A stretch of 62,888 nucleotides of DNA, filler included. It is 22 parts of 22 records of this genome, joined end to end, with 100 filler letters (N's around TTAATTAATTAA, not from the genome) between each part and the next. Parts side by side here need not be neighbours in the genome. Positions count along the whole stretch, not along the records: positions 44,695 to 47,750 come from SRR36015645_147831; positions 47,851 to 52,265 come from SRR36015645_147890; positions 52,366 to 54,443 come from SRR36015645_150291; positions 54,544 to 57,663 come from SRR36015645_150370; 18 more parts are not named here. One strand, written 5' to 3'. Under the pieces are notes generated by a model that worked only from the letters and a program-made list of their open reading frames with translations, searched no databases and was not told the DNA's origin. The stretch's first letter is position 1. Each line of letters opens with the position of its first letter. This document shows, piece by piece, positions 45,892 to 57,763 of the stretch. Position numbers and translations under genes: made by a program.

Positions 45892-47750
45892 CGAAAGGGT
45901 TATACTGCTGAGGGTAAGAGTAATGAAGTTTTTAAATCCCATTCTCGCGTTGCGCTCCTTAACAACCGTCATTTTCAGCCATATATTTCCGTGTCAATCG
46001 GTGATAAAGCATTTCCTGCACTTGTCGACACAGGTGCCAGCATTAGCATCATAAGTGAGGAAATGAGAACAATGGTGCCTGAATGGCGTGATACACACTT
46101 GTCTGCATGCTTTAATACGACTCGTGCTATTAATGGAGAAACCGTTGACGTGTTGGGCGAATTTAATACAATCATTTCGGTTGGCGGGGTATCCTATAGC
46201 CAGGCTTTCCGTGTTGTACGTGGTGCAATTCATGGTATTATCTTAGGTTGGGATTTCATGTCAAATAATGATTGTGTATTAAGCATTCGTCATGGTTATT
46301 TTGAGATAGGGACAAATAAAACTCAATTACTTAGGCCTGATGAAGTATTTCCTAGGACATGCATTGCACGTGCTCAGCTTCCTATTACCATTCCGGGGCG
46401 GTCGCAGTACACAACGTCTATACATCTTGATCGAGTTAAAGGCATAAATATGCATGGTTGCGTCGGAATCTTGGAGCCGACGGGAGACCAAAAATGCGGT
46501 GGAGATGTGATATTCGCGTGTACTGCCACTGTCGCCCATAATGGTAAAATACCAATTAGAATGATAAATGTAAGTGCTGAAGAGAAACAGGTGCCCGCTG
46601 ATACCTTTATCGGTACCTTTCATACATTATCGGAGAATAAAGACGAAAATACTTATGAATTAATTGATGAAAACTTTGACGCCACATCGTCAAACAATGC
46701 TAAAGAGAAACCAACTAATCGCAAGCAATTTGAATCTTTATTTGATTTATCCGATACTGCTTTAGACGAAAACGATACTGGTAAACTTAAAGATCTACTT
46801 TATAAACATCAGAAAGTTTTTGCTCAGTATGATGGTGATATTGGTCGCACCAATCTCGTTCAGCACAGGGTAAATACGGGTGCAGCAAGCCCGTTTAAAC
46901 AGAAACCGCGCAGAATACCAGTACACCTACGCGAGTATGTCAATAAGCAAGTGAGTGACATGTATCGCGATGGTGTTGCAGAACCGTGTAATGGACCGTG
47001 GTCAAGCAACATCGTGCTTGTAAGAAAAAAGTGTGGCAAAATACGTTTTTGTGTAGATTACACTAATCTTAACGATGTTACGGTGTCCGATGCCCATCCA
47101 ATACCGAAGATTCAAGAAACCGTTGAGGCCCTCGCAGGGTCTAGTTTCTTTGCGAAGCTTGATATTTCATCAGCGTATTGGCAGGTTGGGCTACACCGCG
47201 ATAGTCGCGATAAATCTGCTTTCACGACTGGGACCGGCTTACATAGGTTTAAAGTTATGCCGTTTGGTATGAAAAATAGTGGTTGCACTTTTCAGCGGCT
47301 TATGGAGACTGTCCTATCTGGGATTGATTGGCAGTCTTGCCTAGTATACGTAGATGATGTGATTATCTACAGTCGTAGCGTTTCGCAGCATTTGTCCACG
47401 TTAGATTCGGTACTGACGAAGTTGGGCAATGCCAACCTTAAGCTCAAGCCGCAGAAATGTAAATTTGCTTCTGACCATGCAGTGTTTCTTGGTCACCATG
47501 TTGGGAGGGCAGGAATTAGTCCCGACCCTTCAAACATCAGCAAGGTGTTAGCTTGGCCTGTTCCGAAATCTGCCAAGGAAGTCCGTTCTTTCTTGGGGTT
47601 AGCAGGTTATTACCGGAAATTCGTGAAAAACTTTGCAGCCATTGCGTCTCCGTTACAGGGTCTTACGGAGAAGAGCGTACCATTCGTATGGTCTAACGAG
47701 TGTCAAGGCGCTTTTGACACACTGCGCACATCATTAACATCACCTCCTCT
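45838..47750 (+). CDS. Ty3/Gypsy pol (protease, RT), entered by -1 frameshift; 3'-truncated
   Basis: The -1 frame is open from 45838 with no ATG before the protease motif; ALVDTGAS; RFCVDY; LDISSAYWQV; VMPFG; YVDD; VRSFLGLAGYYRKF. Confidence 0.93.
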
Positions 47751-47850
47751 NNNNNNNNNNNNNNNNNNNNNNNNNNNNNNNNNNNNNNNNNNNNTTAATT
47801 AATTAANNNNNNNNNNNNNNNNNNNNNNNNNNNNNNNNNNNNNNNNNNNN

Positions 47851-48113
47851 ATTTGGTATTATATCCTGTGTATACGTGCAGAACCGACCGACTTTCTTAG
47901 GCGGGATTATAACACCCGGTACGAATGCTCACTTGTCGAGTGTGAGTGTACATCTGCAGTCGAATTTCGAAAACAATATTCGGGTTATTTGTGTATTACC
48001 GTGTGCGTGCGTGTAGACCGATCGAGTTTGATAGGCGGCACTGTAACACCCTGTACAGATGCTCAACTGTTTGAGGAAGTAGGCCTACGTTTTTGCAAAC
48101 TGTATTCAGTACG
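47851..48113 (+). repeat. Two diverged ~135-bp tandem monomers in the leader of a Tx1-like element
   Basis: Shared blocks ATTTG(T)GTATTA, CGTG.AG, ACCGA.CGA.TTT, TAGGCGG, TAACACCC.GTAC, ATGCTCA and AAAC..TATTC in 47851-47986 and 47987-48113. Confidence 0.8.
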
Positions 48114-48132
48114 CGTTTTGAGAGAGTGAATT

Positions 48133-49782
48133 ATGAGTTACGCACGGGTAGCAGCTTCGGGTTCCAACGGACCGACAGTTAGTTTTAAACGTGAAAACAC
48201 CGTGGTATTCACAGACAAAGGAATAGAAACGTTTCCAGATGCTGAGGAAGTGGTACGATCCGTGGTTGGACTCCTAAATATCGATCATAGTCGAATAAAC
48301 AGCCGAATCAGATGTGTCACCAGAAATAGTTTTGGATTCTGGAACATATCATTCCACGAGACTTCGGATAGGGATACGCTTATACAGAAGGGCATCACTC
48401 TTGCTAACAGAATCATCGAGTGCCATCCAGTAAAGGCAGACAGGAAGACCATTGTCTATATTGAGGCTCCATTTGAAATGCCAGATTCGATCATTGTCCA
48501 GGTCTTGTCAAGAAACGGCAAAATTACAGAAAACAGCATAAGACGACTAATGTACAATGGAAGCTTCATGAAAGGAATAGAGAAAGGGGTACGAAGCATG
48601 GAAATGGATATTAAAGAACAAATACCAAATTATGTGACAGTAAGCGGATATAAACTACAGGTGTCATACAAGGGTCAGCCTAAGACGTGCCGGATCTGCA
48701 GTGGCGCTGATCACATTGCCAAAGACTGTAAAATGAAGGGTCAGATAAAGTGCTTTACATGTGGCGGATTTGGACACAAATCGATGGTTTGTAAAATGAA
48801 AGACAAAGGTGGACCCAAGAACACGACTGATGTGGGATCACATCTCGAACATGACAAAGATGCAAAAACAATCATCTCGGAAGATGCCTTGACGGAAAGT
48901 AATACCAATATGGCAGACAACACAGAAAGGCAAGAAGCAACGATGAGTCTACAAGAAGAAATATCTCTAGCAGAAACGTCTCTAGCAGAAACACAACATC
49001 AAGACAATATCGTTAACAGGCCGAAACAACGAGAAGATACGGGAGTCGAAAATCTCCCCCGTATTAAAGAAGGAGAAATAATCTGTGAACCAAAGGAAGC
49101 AGAAGATATAACAAAGGAAGCAGAAGAGATAACAGAACTCACTACAGCCGAAGTGAACCAACAAGTAAGCAACGTCCAAGTGGAAAGGCAATCCATAGAA
49201 GCAACAACAAAACCAGAGGAAAAATTGATAGAAAATATAAAAAGGAAAAACAGCACTTTAGACAAAGGGATGAAGTCCTGGGGTAGTACAACCAGCCTAG
49301 ACCAACCATTCTATGATGCGGAAGAAGTGTTTGAGATGGATACAGATCCAGAAAATACGCAGACCTTCGGCCTGCAAAAAAGAGTAATTGTACAGAAAGA
49401 ACATACCGAACAGCCACAAAAACGTATGAGAACACACAATGAAGGGACCAAAGATGAATCGAATGACAAAACCGCTTCCGCGGAAAATACAGACGCAAAG
49501 GATGAAAATGGTGAAAACAAGCAATTTAACATGAAGAACAAAATACCACCTGGACTGAAATCAGGGTACATCACTCTCCCGTTCATGGAACCATTTGCTA
49601 CCCAAGATGGAATATGGCACTGGCGAAGAAAAGATAATAAACAAATGTCCTGCCGAAACATGCTAAAATTGGAGGAAGCTGATAATGAAACCCTGATGGA
49701 AATTGAGAAGTACAAGAAAAGAGATGCATATTTCACTAAGGGACGCTACTGGTGGAGAACAAAAAGACAAGACAAGAACTAA
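48133..49782 (+). CDS. Tx1/L1-like ORF1 with two zinc knuckles
   Basis: MSYARVA; APFEMPD; IEKGVR; IPNYVTVSG..YKGQPKTCRICSGADHIAKDC; CFTCGGFGHKSMVC. Confidence 0.92.
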   Translation: MSYARVAASGSNGPTVSFKRENTVVFTDKGIETFPDAEEVVRSVVGLLNIDHSRINSRIRCVTRNSFGFWNISFHETSDRDTLIQKGITLANRIIECHPVKADRKTIVYIEAPFEMPDSIIVQVLSRNGKITENSIRRLMYNGSFMKGIEKGVRSMEMDIKEQIPNYVTVSGYKLQVSYKGQPKTCRICSGADHIAKDCKMKGQIKCFTCGGFGHKSMVCKMKDKGGPKNTTDVGSHLEHDKDAKTIISEDALTESNTNMADNTERQEATMSLQEEISLAETSLAETQHQDNIVNRPKQREDTGVENLPRIKEGEIICEPKEAEDITKEAEEITELTTAEVNQQVSNVQVERQSIEATTKPEEKLIENIKRKNSTLDKGMKSWGSTTSLDQPFYDAEEVFEMDTDPENTQTFGLQKRVIVQKEHTEQPQKRMRTHNEGTKDESNDKTASAENTDAKDENGENKQFNMKNKIPPGLKSGYITLPFMEPFATQDGIWHWRRKDNKQMSCRNMLKLEEADNETLMEIEKYKKRDAYFTKGRYWWRTKRQDKN

Positions 49783-49784
49783 TC

Positions 49785-52265
49785 ATGGATACACACAAGA
49801 CTCGAACAATACTAGGTTATGGCCAAAGACTAACACACCTCATAACCTTAATTATGGTGCTAAGGCTTGTAACACTTAACGTAAACGGGATGCAAGACAA
49901 AACAAAGAGGTCGGAAATTTTCGAATGGATAAGAAGAGTACCTGCAGACATTGCTCTCCTGCAAGAGACCCATTCAACAGCAAACACAGAGGAAGCGTGG
50001 AAAGCAGAATGGGGTAGTGAAATATACTTTAGCCACGGCACAACAGCATCTAGAGGGGTGTGTATTCTGATAAGAGATGAAACAGCTCATGGAGTCTCTA
50101 CGTTTCAAACAGATCATCTGGGCAGATTAGTGAGCATTGATGTCACTTTTGGTGAGGAAACTATAAGATTAACAAATGTCTACGCGCCAAATATCTGCAA
50201 CCAAAGAAGAGAATTTTTCGATGAAAGCGTGAAGAAGGCGTTGAGCAATCAACTTCTAAACATTGTGGCTGGAGATCTAAACCTAATCATGGACAAACAC
50301 AAAGATGCCAATACTGTGAGAAATCAACCAGATTCAAGTGTAACCAAAATAAAGGAAATAATGACCGAATTCAATCTGCAAGATACATGGAGACAGCGAT
50401 ATCCTGACCTAGTGGAGTACACTTATGAAAATAATCAACGCACTATAATGAGCAGAATCGACCATATACTAACTGATGGTAGACTTTCAGTAAGTGTAAC
50501 GGACATCAGGAATAAACTATGTGTCTGGTCAGATCACAACGCTGTTACTATGAAATTAGATCCACTGACAGAAGTGAATAAAGGACCAGGACGATGGATA
50601 CTCAATGAATCAGTACTAGAAGATATGGAGTATAGGGAAAAAATCACGACATTCCTTAATAAGGCGAAACAAGAAAGGCCAAGAGAAGCAAATATATTAG
50701 ATTGGTGGGACAAAATAAAGAATGACATAAAGAACATATCAAGAGAATATTGTACAACGAAAAACAAGAGAAAGAAACAGCACTATAGAAAGCTACACAA
50801 AGACTATGACAGGATAAACAGGAAAGTCGTGGACGGACAGACAGGTTATGTCAGACTACTAGACACCATTAAACTTAGGATACAAGAAATGGACAGGAAG
50901 GAAACGGAAGGCGCGAAAATCAGAGCCAGAGTACAATGGGAGGAATTGGGTGAAAGGCCATCAAAATTCTTTCTTGGTCTAGAAAAGCACAGAGCCAAAT
51001 CAAAGCTACTAAAAAGTGTACAAGGTAAAGATGGAACGGCAAGAAACGACACAGATGGAATACTACAGGAATGTGCAGCATTCTATGAGACCTTGTACAC
51101 ATCACAGCCAATTGATGTGGACTCGGCCAACGCCATTCTACAGAGTGTAGACAGTAGATTGAGTAACGAACAAAGAGACATGTGTGATGGTACCATAGGA
51201 ATGGCAGAATGCAAAAAGGCAGTGGACATGCTAAAAAGTGGAAAATCGCCTGGAGAAGACGGAATTGGCATAAGTTTCTACAAAACCTTCTGGACCACAA
51301 TAAAAGATGTCTTCATGGACGTTATAAACGAAATCTTTCTTCAAAAAGAAATGCCCACGTCCATGAAAAATGCACTAATCATTTTAATTTTCAAAGAGCT
51401 TGGTGTAAGAGAAGAACTAATAAACTGGAGACCAATTAGCTTACTTTGCTCAGACTACAAGATAATCGCTAAGGTGCTGGCAAATCGGCTCAAAACATTT
51501 CTACCGCTGTTGATCAACTCAACCCAAACATGTGCTGTCGATGGCAAAAGAATAGGTGACAATATCACAATTCTTCGAGATTTAATATGCTATGCCAACG
51601 AAAACAACAAACCTTTAGCTCTTATAAGCATTGATGAAGAGAAAGCATTTGACAGACTGGAATGGCAATTCCTACAAATGACACTTGAAACCTTTAATTT
51701 TGGTCCGGTGTTCTGCAAATGGATAAAGATTCTATACACAGGAATAACTAGCAGTGTAATAGTCAATGGCTGGCAAAGCAGACGCTTCGCACTCTCACGA
51801 GGAGCAAGACAAGGGGATCCACTGTCTATGTACCTGTACGTACTTGGAGCAGAGCCATTGATACAAAAAATCCTTAAAGACGATAGAATCACCGGAATCA
51901 TGGTTGATGGTATTACTTACAAAATTACAGCGCATGCCGACGATAAGACAGTGATAATCACCTCTGAAGATCAAATAACATGCTTGAACGACATTCTTGA
52001 TCTTAGTGAAAAAGGAACAGGTGCGAAGGTAAACATGACGAAATTTAAAGGATTCTGGAGTGGAGAGTGGAAAGAGCGAACTGACCAGCCATATGGTTTT
52101 AAGTGGTCTAACGCAGTTTTTGATACATTAGGAATAGAGTATAATAACCGTGATACATACGCAAATACTTGGGAGAAGAAAATAAAGAAATGCAATAATG
52201 TGCTTAATAACTGGAGCAAACGGAAACTAACGCTGGCAGGCAAAGTAGTTGTCATAAAGAACTTG
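49785..52265 (+). CDS. Tx1/L1-like ORF2 (APE endonuclease plus RT), 3'-truncated
   Basis: TLNVNG, LQETH, SRGV, NVYAPN, GDLN, SRIDH, SDH, KSPGEDG, NWRPISLL, EKAFD, RQGDPLS, HADD. Confidence 0.95.
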
Positions 52266-52365
52266 NNNNNNNNNNNNNNNNNNNNNNNNNNNNNNNNNNN
52301 NNNNNNNNNTTAATTAATTAANNNNNNNNNNNNNNNNNNNNNNNNNNNNNNNNNNNNNNNNNNNN

Positions 52366-54443
52366 CAGTCTGTGGCAGAGTCCCGGCCTGCTGACTCACT
52401 GGCCACTCAGATACAGGTTCAGCGTGTGTTTCCATGTTACTTGGCTGAGAACGGTCAGGCAAAACATTATCCATGACATCATCGTCCGGAAATACTTCTC
52501 TTGGTGTCGGTGGGGCCTCACCTGTATGAACCAGGTGTTTCGTGTTGCGCCGTAAGTTTTTACCATCCCGACTGACAATGTATGATCGTGGATATTCAGT
52601 AGTATTGGATATCACGGCAGGTTCCCACGTCCCATCTTTTCGACGTACGCGCACCACATCACCATGATTAAGTGCAACATCCTTGCGTCGTGCTGTACGG
52701 TCATAGTAGCGTTTTTGTGTTTCTTGACGTGCCGATAACTGCGACTGCGGATCGACGGTAGCTGGCGCCAACAGTGTCGATTTCACAGGCAGTTTTCCAC
52801 GGAGCATGCGACTCATAAGCATTTGTGCTGGCGAATATGACATTCCAGCCACAGGTGTATTTCGATATTCCATTAACGAGATGTATGGATCTCGCTTTTC
52901 GTTATCCGCCTTCCGAAGCATTGTTTTCACCGTTTGCACCATGCGCTCAATAAAACCATTCGACTGTGCATAATTCGGGCTCGACGTGACAAGCTTAAAA
53001 TTCCACTCACGAGCGAACTGTCGGAACTCTATGCTGTTAAATGGCATGTTGTCACTAACAAATTCTTCGGGAATGCCATGCCGGGCGAACAACGATTTTA
53101 AATGGTTTACCATTGTCCCGGCAGTTTTGTCCTCAATTATCTGTAACTCTGGATACTTAGACAGATAATCTGCCACCAGCAGGTAATCGCGGTTACGAAA
53201 TGTCAAAATGTCAGCCCCGATCTTTTGCCACGGTCGTTGAGGCAGATCATGGCATATCATCGGTTCCTTTGCGTTACCCTTGCGATACTTCAAACATACT
53301 GCACAGTTAAGTATCATTGCCTCAATGTCACTGTTCATGTTTGGCCAGTACATGATATCACGAGCTCGCGACTTGCATTTCTCGATCCCGAGGTGACTTT
53401 CATGAACGAGTGCTAGCATTTCCGCTTGTAGCGTGCTCGGTATAACGATTCGCTCACCGAAGAAAATTAGGCCGTCTTCTTCGTACAGCTCATCTCGTAT
53501 GTTCCAGAATGGTAGAACATCCTTGTCCGCAGACTGTCGTTTATTCGGCCACCCATCATGGATAACTCGCTTAACGACTTGAAGAACCGAGTCAGTATCC
53601 GTTTCGTCACGTAACTGCTGGATACGTGCAGGCGAAGCCGGTATGTTGCTCGTGAGTGCGTGGATCATGACTTCCTCAGAATCCAGTGCGCCTTCTGATG
53701 CATTTGTGCTTAACGAAGCACGCGACAATGTATCTGCGATCTTTAACAAACGTCCAGGAACGTATTTGACGTGAAGATTGTACCGTTGCAACTGCAGCAT
53801 TAGACGTTGCAGCCTATGCGATGCCTTCAACAGAGGTTTACGCAGAATTGTCTCTAACGGCTTATGGTCTGAATGAACTTCTACCTCCTTGCCGAAGATG
53901 TACTGGTCAAATTTTGCACACGAGTAGCAGATAGCCAACAATTCCTTTTCAATCTGACTATAGTTTCGCTCGGCTGATGTCATTGTACGAGATGCGTAGG
54001 TTACTGGGCGTCCACATTGCAGTAGGCATGCACCCAGTCCATCCTTGGAAGCATCACACTGGATAGTGACATCCTCGTTGACATCGTAGAATTTCAGTAC
54101 GGGTGCATTTATAAGAACGTCCTTGATTTTCTTGAAAGCCGCATCATGCTCTTCTGACCACTTCCATGGCATATCCGCACGCAACAACATGCGAAATGGT
54201 GCCGTTATCATCGATTCATCAGGAATGTATGGGGACAGATACTTGATCATCCCTAACAGCCGCATTAATGCTGGTTTGTCTTCCGGGATGGGCATGTCCA
54301 CGATCGCGTGTACTTTTGCTGGATCTACTTTCAGCCCATCCTTAGTGACCAAGTTCCCCATGTACTTGACTTCATCGACCTTGTACTGAATCTTTTCTTT
54401 GTTGAATTTTACGTTCCTTTCTTGAGCACGTTCCATCACTTTA
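52366..54443 (-). mobile_element. Ty3/Gypsy pol fragment (end of RT, RNase H, integrase; K02A2.6/Mag-like)
   Basis: QCDASKDGLGA, NYSQIEKELLAI, SDHKPL, IADTLSRA, HESHLG..CAVC, ADI, SDN, PNYAQSNGFIER, YRNTP, PRSY..RRN. Confidence 0.95.
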
Positions 54444-54544
54444 NNNNNNNNNNNNNNNNNNNNNNNNNNNNNNNNNNNNNNNNNNNNTTAATTAATTAAN
54501 NNNNNNNNNNNNNNNNNNNNNNNNNNNNNNNNNNNNNNNNNNNG

Positions 54545-55645
54545 GATGGAGGAGAGCAATCAATACCTGGAAAGAATAGAGAAAAGACGAAGGGTGAAGA
54601 TAGCGATGGATTCACCACTGTGCATCACAGCAGGAGTAGCAAAAGAAAAATTAATACATCCAGTGCCTCTAATGGAAGCGACACCATCAATAACAGTAAT
54701 ATATACAATGCACTTGTGGAGATAGATGGTGAGACAAATGTGACCGAAGCTGGACCGACGAAACCACCGGAGAAGCCAAAATCAACGAACAAAAAACCAA
54801 GAACGGATGCAAGAAACTGTAATAATTCACATAATGATCACACGGTCAATGAAGCCACCAATACAAGTTTACCAACAGTAACAGATGAAGGAAGTAATGG
54901 AAAAAGCAATGACACAGCCAACATTAATAATGAAAATACAATTGCTAGTACTGAAAAAGGGCATACCAGTGAGCTTTTCTACAGTGTGAGTGAAGAGGGA
55001 ATGGATGGTATTAGCACCGATCAGGCTAATACTACATGTAGTTCCAAGTGTGAATCGGTATGTATTGATATACAGAGTGATAATGAGAGTACCCAAGATA
55101 CAGACACGTACCATGTTGAAGGATTACATCAGATAACCGAGGTAGGATGCAGCACTCCGATATCTCACAGCAGTAATACTATATCATTAACACAGGTACT
55201 GGACGGGCAACAAGTGGTATCATACAGTCAAATATCGGAAAATAAGATTGCCTTTTATCATACACAGGATGACAATCAAAGTAAAAGCCCTCCAGGTAAT
55301 AGCCAGGATATGGATCTGCTAACACAGGATTTTAGGGAGGACGGAAATTCTGCATGGCCATTGTCCAGATCAAAGCTAAAGCAATTACTTAATGATACGA
55401 AAAACAAAAGAAGAAATGAAATTACTGACATAGTAAAATCCTACACAGTGAACATAGAAGGTCTCATAAAACAGTTAGAGGCGGAAAAGAAATCTAAGGA
55501 TGCTCTAGATGACGATAAGAAGAATTTATCTCGCAGGATAACCCACTTAGTGAAAAGACTCATACATATGGGTAGTAGCAATGTTGACGATGAAGAACTC
55601 ACTGAAAATGAATCAGTAGAAAAAGCTTCGAAGTCCCCAGTCTAA
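54545..55645 (+). CDS. C-terminal, low-complexity part of ORF1 of a Tx1/L1-like element
   Basis: Open from the contig edge; DGFTTV..SKRK motif; C-terminal coiled-coil; ends 18 nt before ORF2. Confidence 0.7.
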   Translation, partial: DGGEQSIPGKNREKTKGEDSDGFTTVHHSRSSKRKINTSSASNGSDTINNSNIYNALVEIDGETNVTEAGPTKPPEKPKSTNKKPRTDARNCNNSHNDHTVNEATNTSLPTVTDEGSNGKSNDTANINNENTIASTEKGHTSELFYSVSEEGMDGISTDQANTTCSSKCESVCIDIQSDNESTQDTDTYHVEGLHQITEVGCSTPISHSSNTISLTQVLDGQQVVSYSQISENKIAFYHTQDDNQSKSPPGNSQDMDLLTQDFREDGNSAWPLSRSKLKQLLNDTKNKRRNEITDIVKSYTVNIEGLIKQLEAEKKSKDALDDDKKNLSRRITHLVKRLIHMGSSNVDDEELTENESVEKASKSPV

Positions 55646-55663
55646 AACAATCAACAACTAACT

Positions 55664-57663
55664 ATGGCAGCCTACAATATATTATCACTTAATACACATG
55701 GCATGTCGCAGCTAACAAGAGCTAAGCAAATGGTAGATTATTTCAAAATAATGAACGCAGATATAGTTTTCATTCAAGAAACAAATATAGATTCGGCCAA
55801 GTCGTGTGATCTTTTCTGGAATGATATGGAGTATGATTTCCATTTTACAACCGTGCCACACAAATTTTCGGGTGTCGGTGTCGCGATTAGAAAAAACAGC
55901 TGCATCAAAGTAGTAGAATTTAAGGAACTATTCGACGGCCATCTAGCTTTTGTCAAATATTCAGTTGAGGACAACATCTATAATGCTTATAATATATACA
56001 TGCCACAGAACGATAATCAAGGAATCGACGTCCTGGAAGTTCTACAGCAACATGCTAGTCAACATTTACAAGAACAGGAGAAATCCTTAGTGATTGGCGA
56101 TTTTAACGTAACATTGCAGGCTGCCTTAGACAGACAAGATGGCGCCAGTGAAAGACGCCCAAGAATCCAAAAAGCTTTAAAAGATGTTTGTAACAGATTG
56201 CGGCTGCATGACCTATGGCGTTCAATGCACGGCGATGAAAAGCAGTTCACCTTTAATACTCGGAGAGAAAATAGAATTATCCAAGCTAGATTGGACAGAG
56301 TATACGTTACACGGGATTTGCGAAACAATGCAAAGACCTGTGAAATAGAAGCTTGCAGTTTGTCGGACCATAATGCGTTACATATAAGGGTCCAAGGAAT
56401 GAAACGGTTTACCAAAGCAAGAGAAAGCACAACCAATCATTGGAGGCTAAACAATAATTTACTAGAAGACAAAGAATTTTGTGGCTTGATGACGGAATTT
56501 CTACATCAGTGGATAGATAAAAAAACAAACTATACAGACAACCTGACGAATTGGTGGGAAATTGGGAAAAGTAAAATAAAAAGTATAGCTATAAGTTACT
56601 CGGCCCAGAAGGCAAAAGATAACATGCAGTGCATTCGTTTGCTACAGGATGAGCTTAATGCAATCATTAGAGCTGGGATGATGAGACCGGAAGATAAACA
56701 AGAATACCAAGAAAAGAAAGATGTTCTTAATCAAATCTATAAGAGACGCGCAGTGGATGCTCTGTCAAGGTCTCAATTCAAGCACATAAATGAAGTTGAC
56801 AAGTCGACAAAATACTTTTACCAGCTTGAAAAGGGTAGCGAGAGACCGACTTCCAGCGCGATAAAAATTATGCAGATCAGTAAGGATAATGTAACGGATA
56901 ACCAAAATGAAATAAAGGACCACATAGTCAATTTTTACAGAGAACTATATCATAAAGAGGAGATAGATGAGGAAGCAATGAATGAAATATTATCAGACTT
57001 GCCGCAACTGAGTGACCAGGAAAAAGAAAACATAAACAAACCTCTGGCTCATGAAGAATTTTTCAAAGCTGTGCAACAATCCAAAAACAATAGTTCACCT
57101 GGTTCGGATGGTTTAACAAATGAATTCTACAAGAAATTTTGGGACATCATTGGAATTCACGTGCTGGAGGTTTTTAAAGAAATTCTGCAAAAAGGGGAAC
57201 TGCCTCTTTCGATGCGTATCGCTATAATTACACTAATACTTAAAAAACTAGCCGATCACAGATTAATTAAAAACTATCGACCTATTTCTCTCTTAAACAC
57301 AGATTTGAAGCTGCTAACAAAGGTTTTAGCAAACAGAATGAAGCATGTAACAGGAGCAATAATTCACCATGATCAAACCTGTAGTGTGGATGGACGCAAG
57401 ATACATGACAATATTAACCTATTGAGGGACATTATTTTCTACGCAAAGGATCAGAATATGAAGTTGGCCTTATTGGCATTGGATCAGGAAAAGGCGTTTG
57501 ATCGTATTGACCATAGATACCTTACCAAAGTGCTGCAAAGTTTCGGATTTGGAGAATGGTTTATAAGTTGCATTAAAACAATCTACAATGGTTCACTCAG
57601 TTACATTAAGCTGTATCAAGGCTTAGCAGGCCCGGTAAATTTCGAACGTGGTATTAGACAGGG
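55664..57663 (+). mobile_element. Tx1/L1-like ORF2 (APE endonuclease plus N-terminal RT), 3'-truncated
   Basis: SLNTHG, IQET, NIYMP, GDFN, ARLDRVY, SDH, SPGSDGL, NYRPISLLNTD, LDQEKAFDRI, RGIRQ. Confidence 0.95.
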
Positions 57664-57763
57664 NNNNNNNNNNNNNNNNNNNNNNNNNNNNNNNNNNNNN
57701 NNNNNNNTTAATTAATTAANNNNNNNNNNNNNNNNNNNNNNNNNNNNNNNNNNNNNNNNNNNN

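Noticed and set aside
47851..48113. Twister, hammerhead or HDV-like ribozyme assignment for the leader repeats
   Set aside because: Only TAACAC resembles twister; the required pseudoknot and core nucleotides could not be found by eye.
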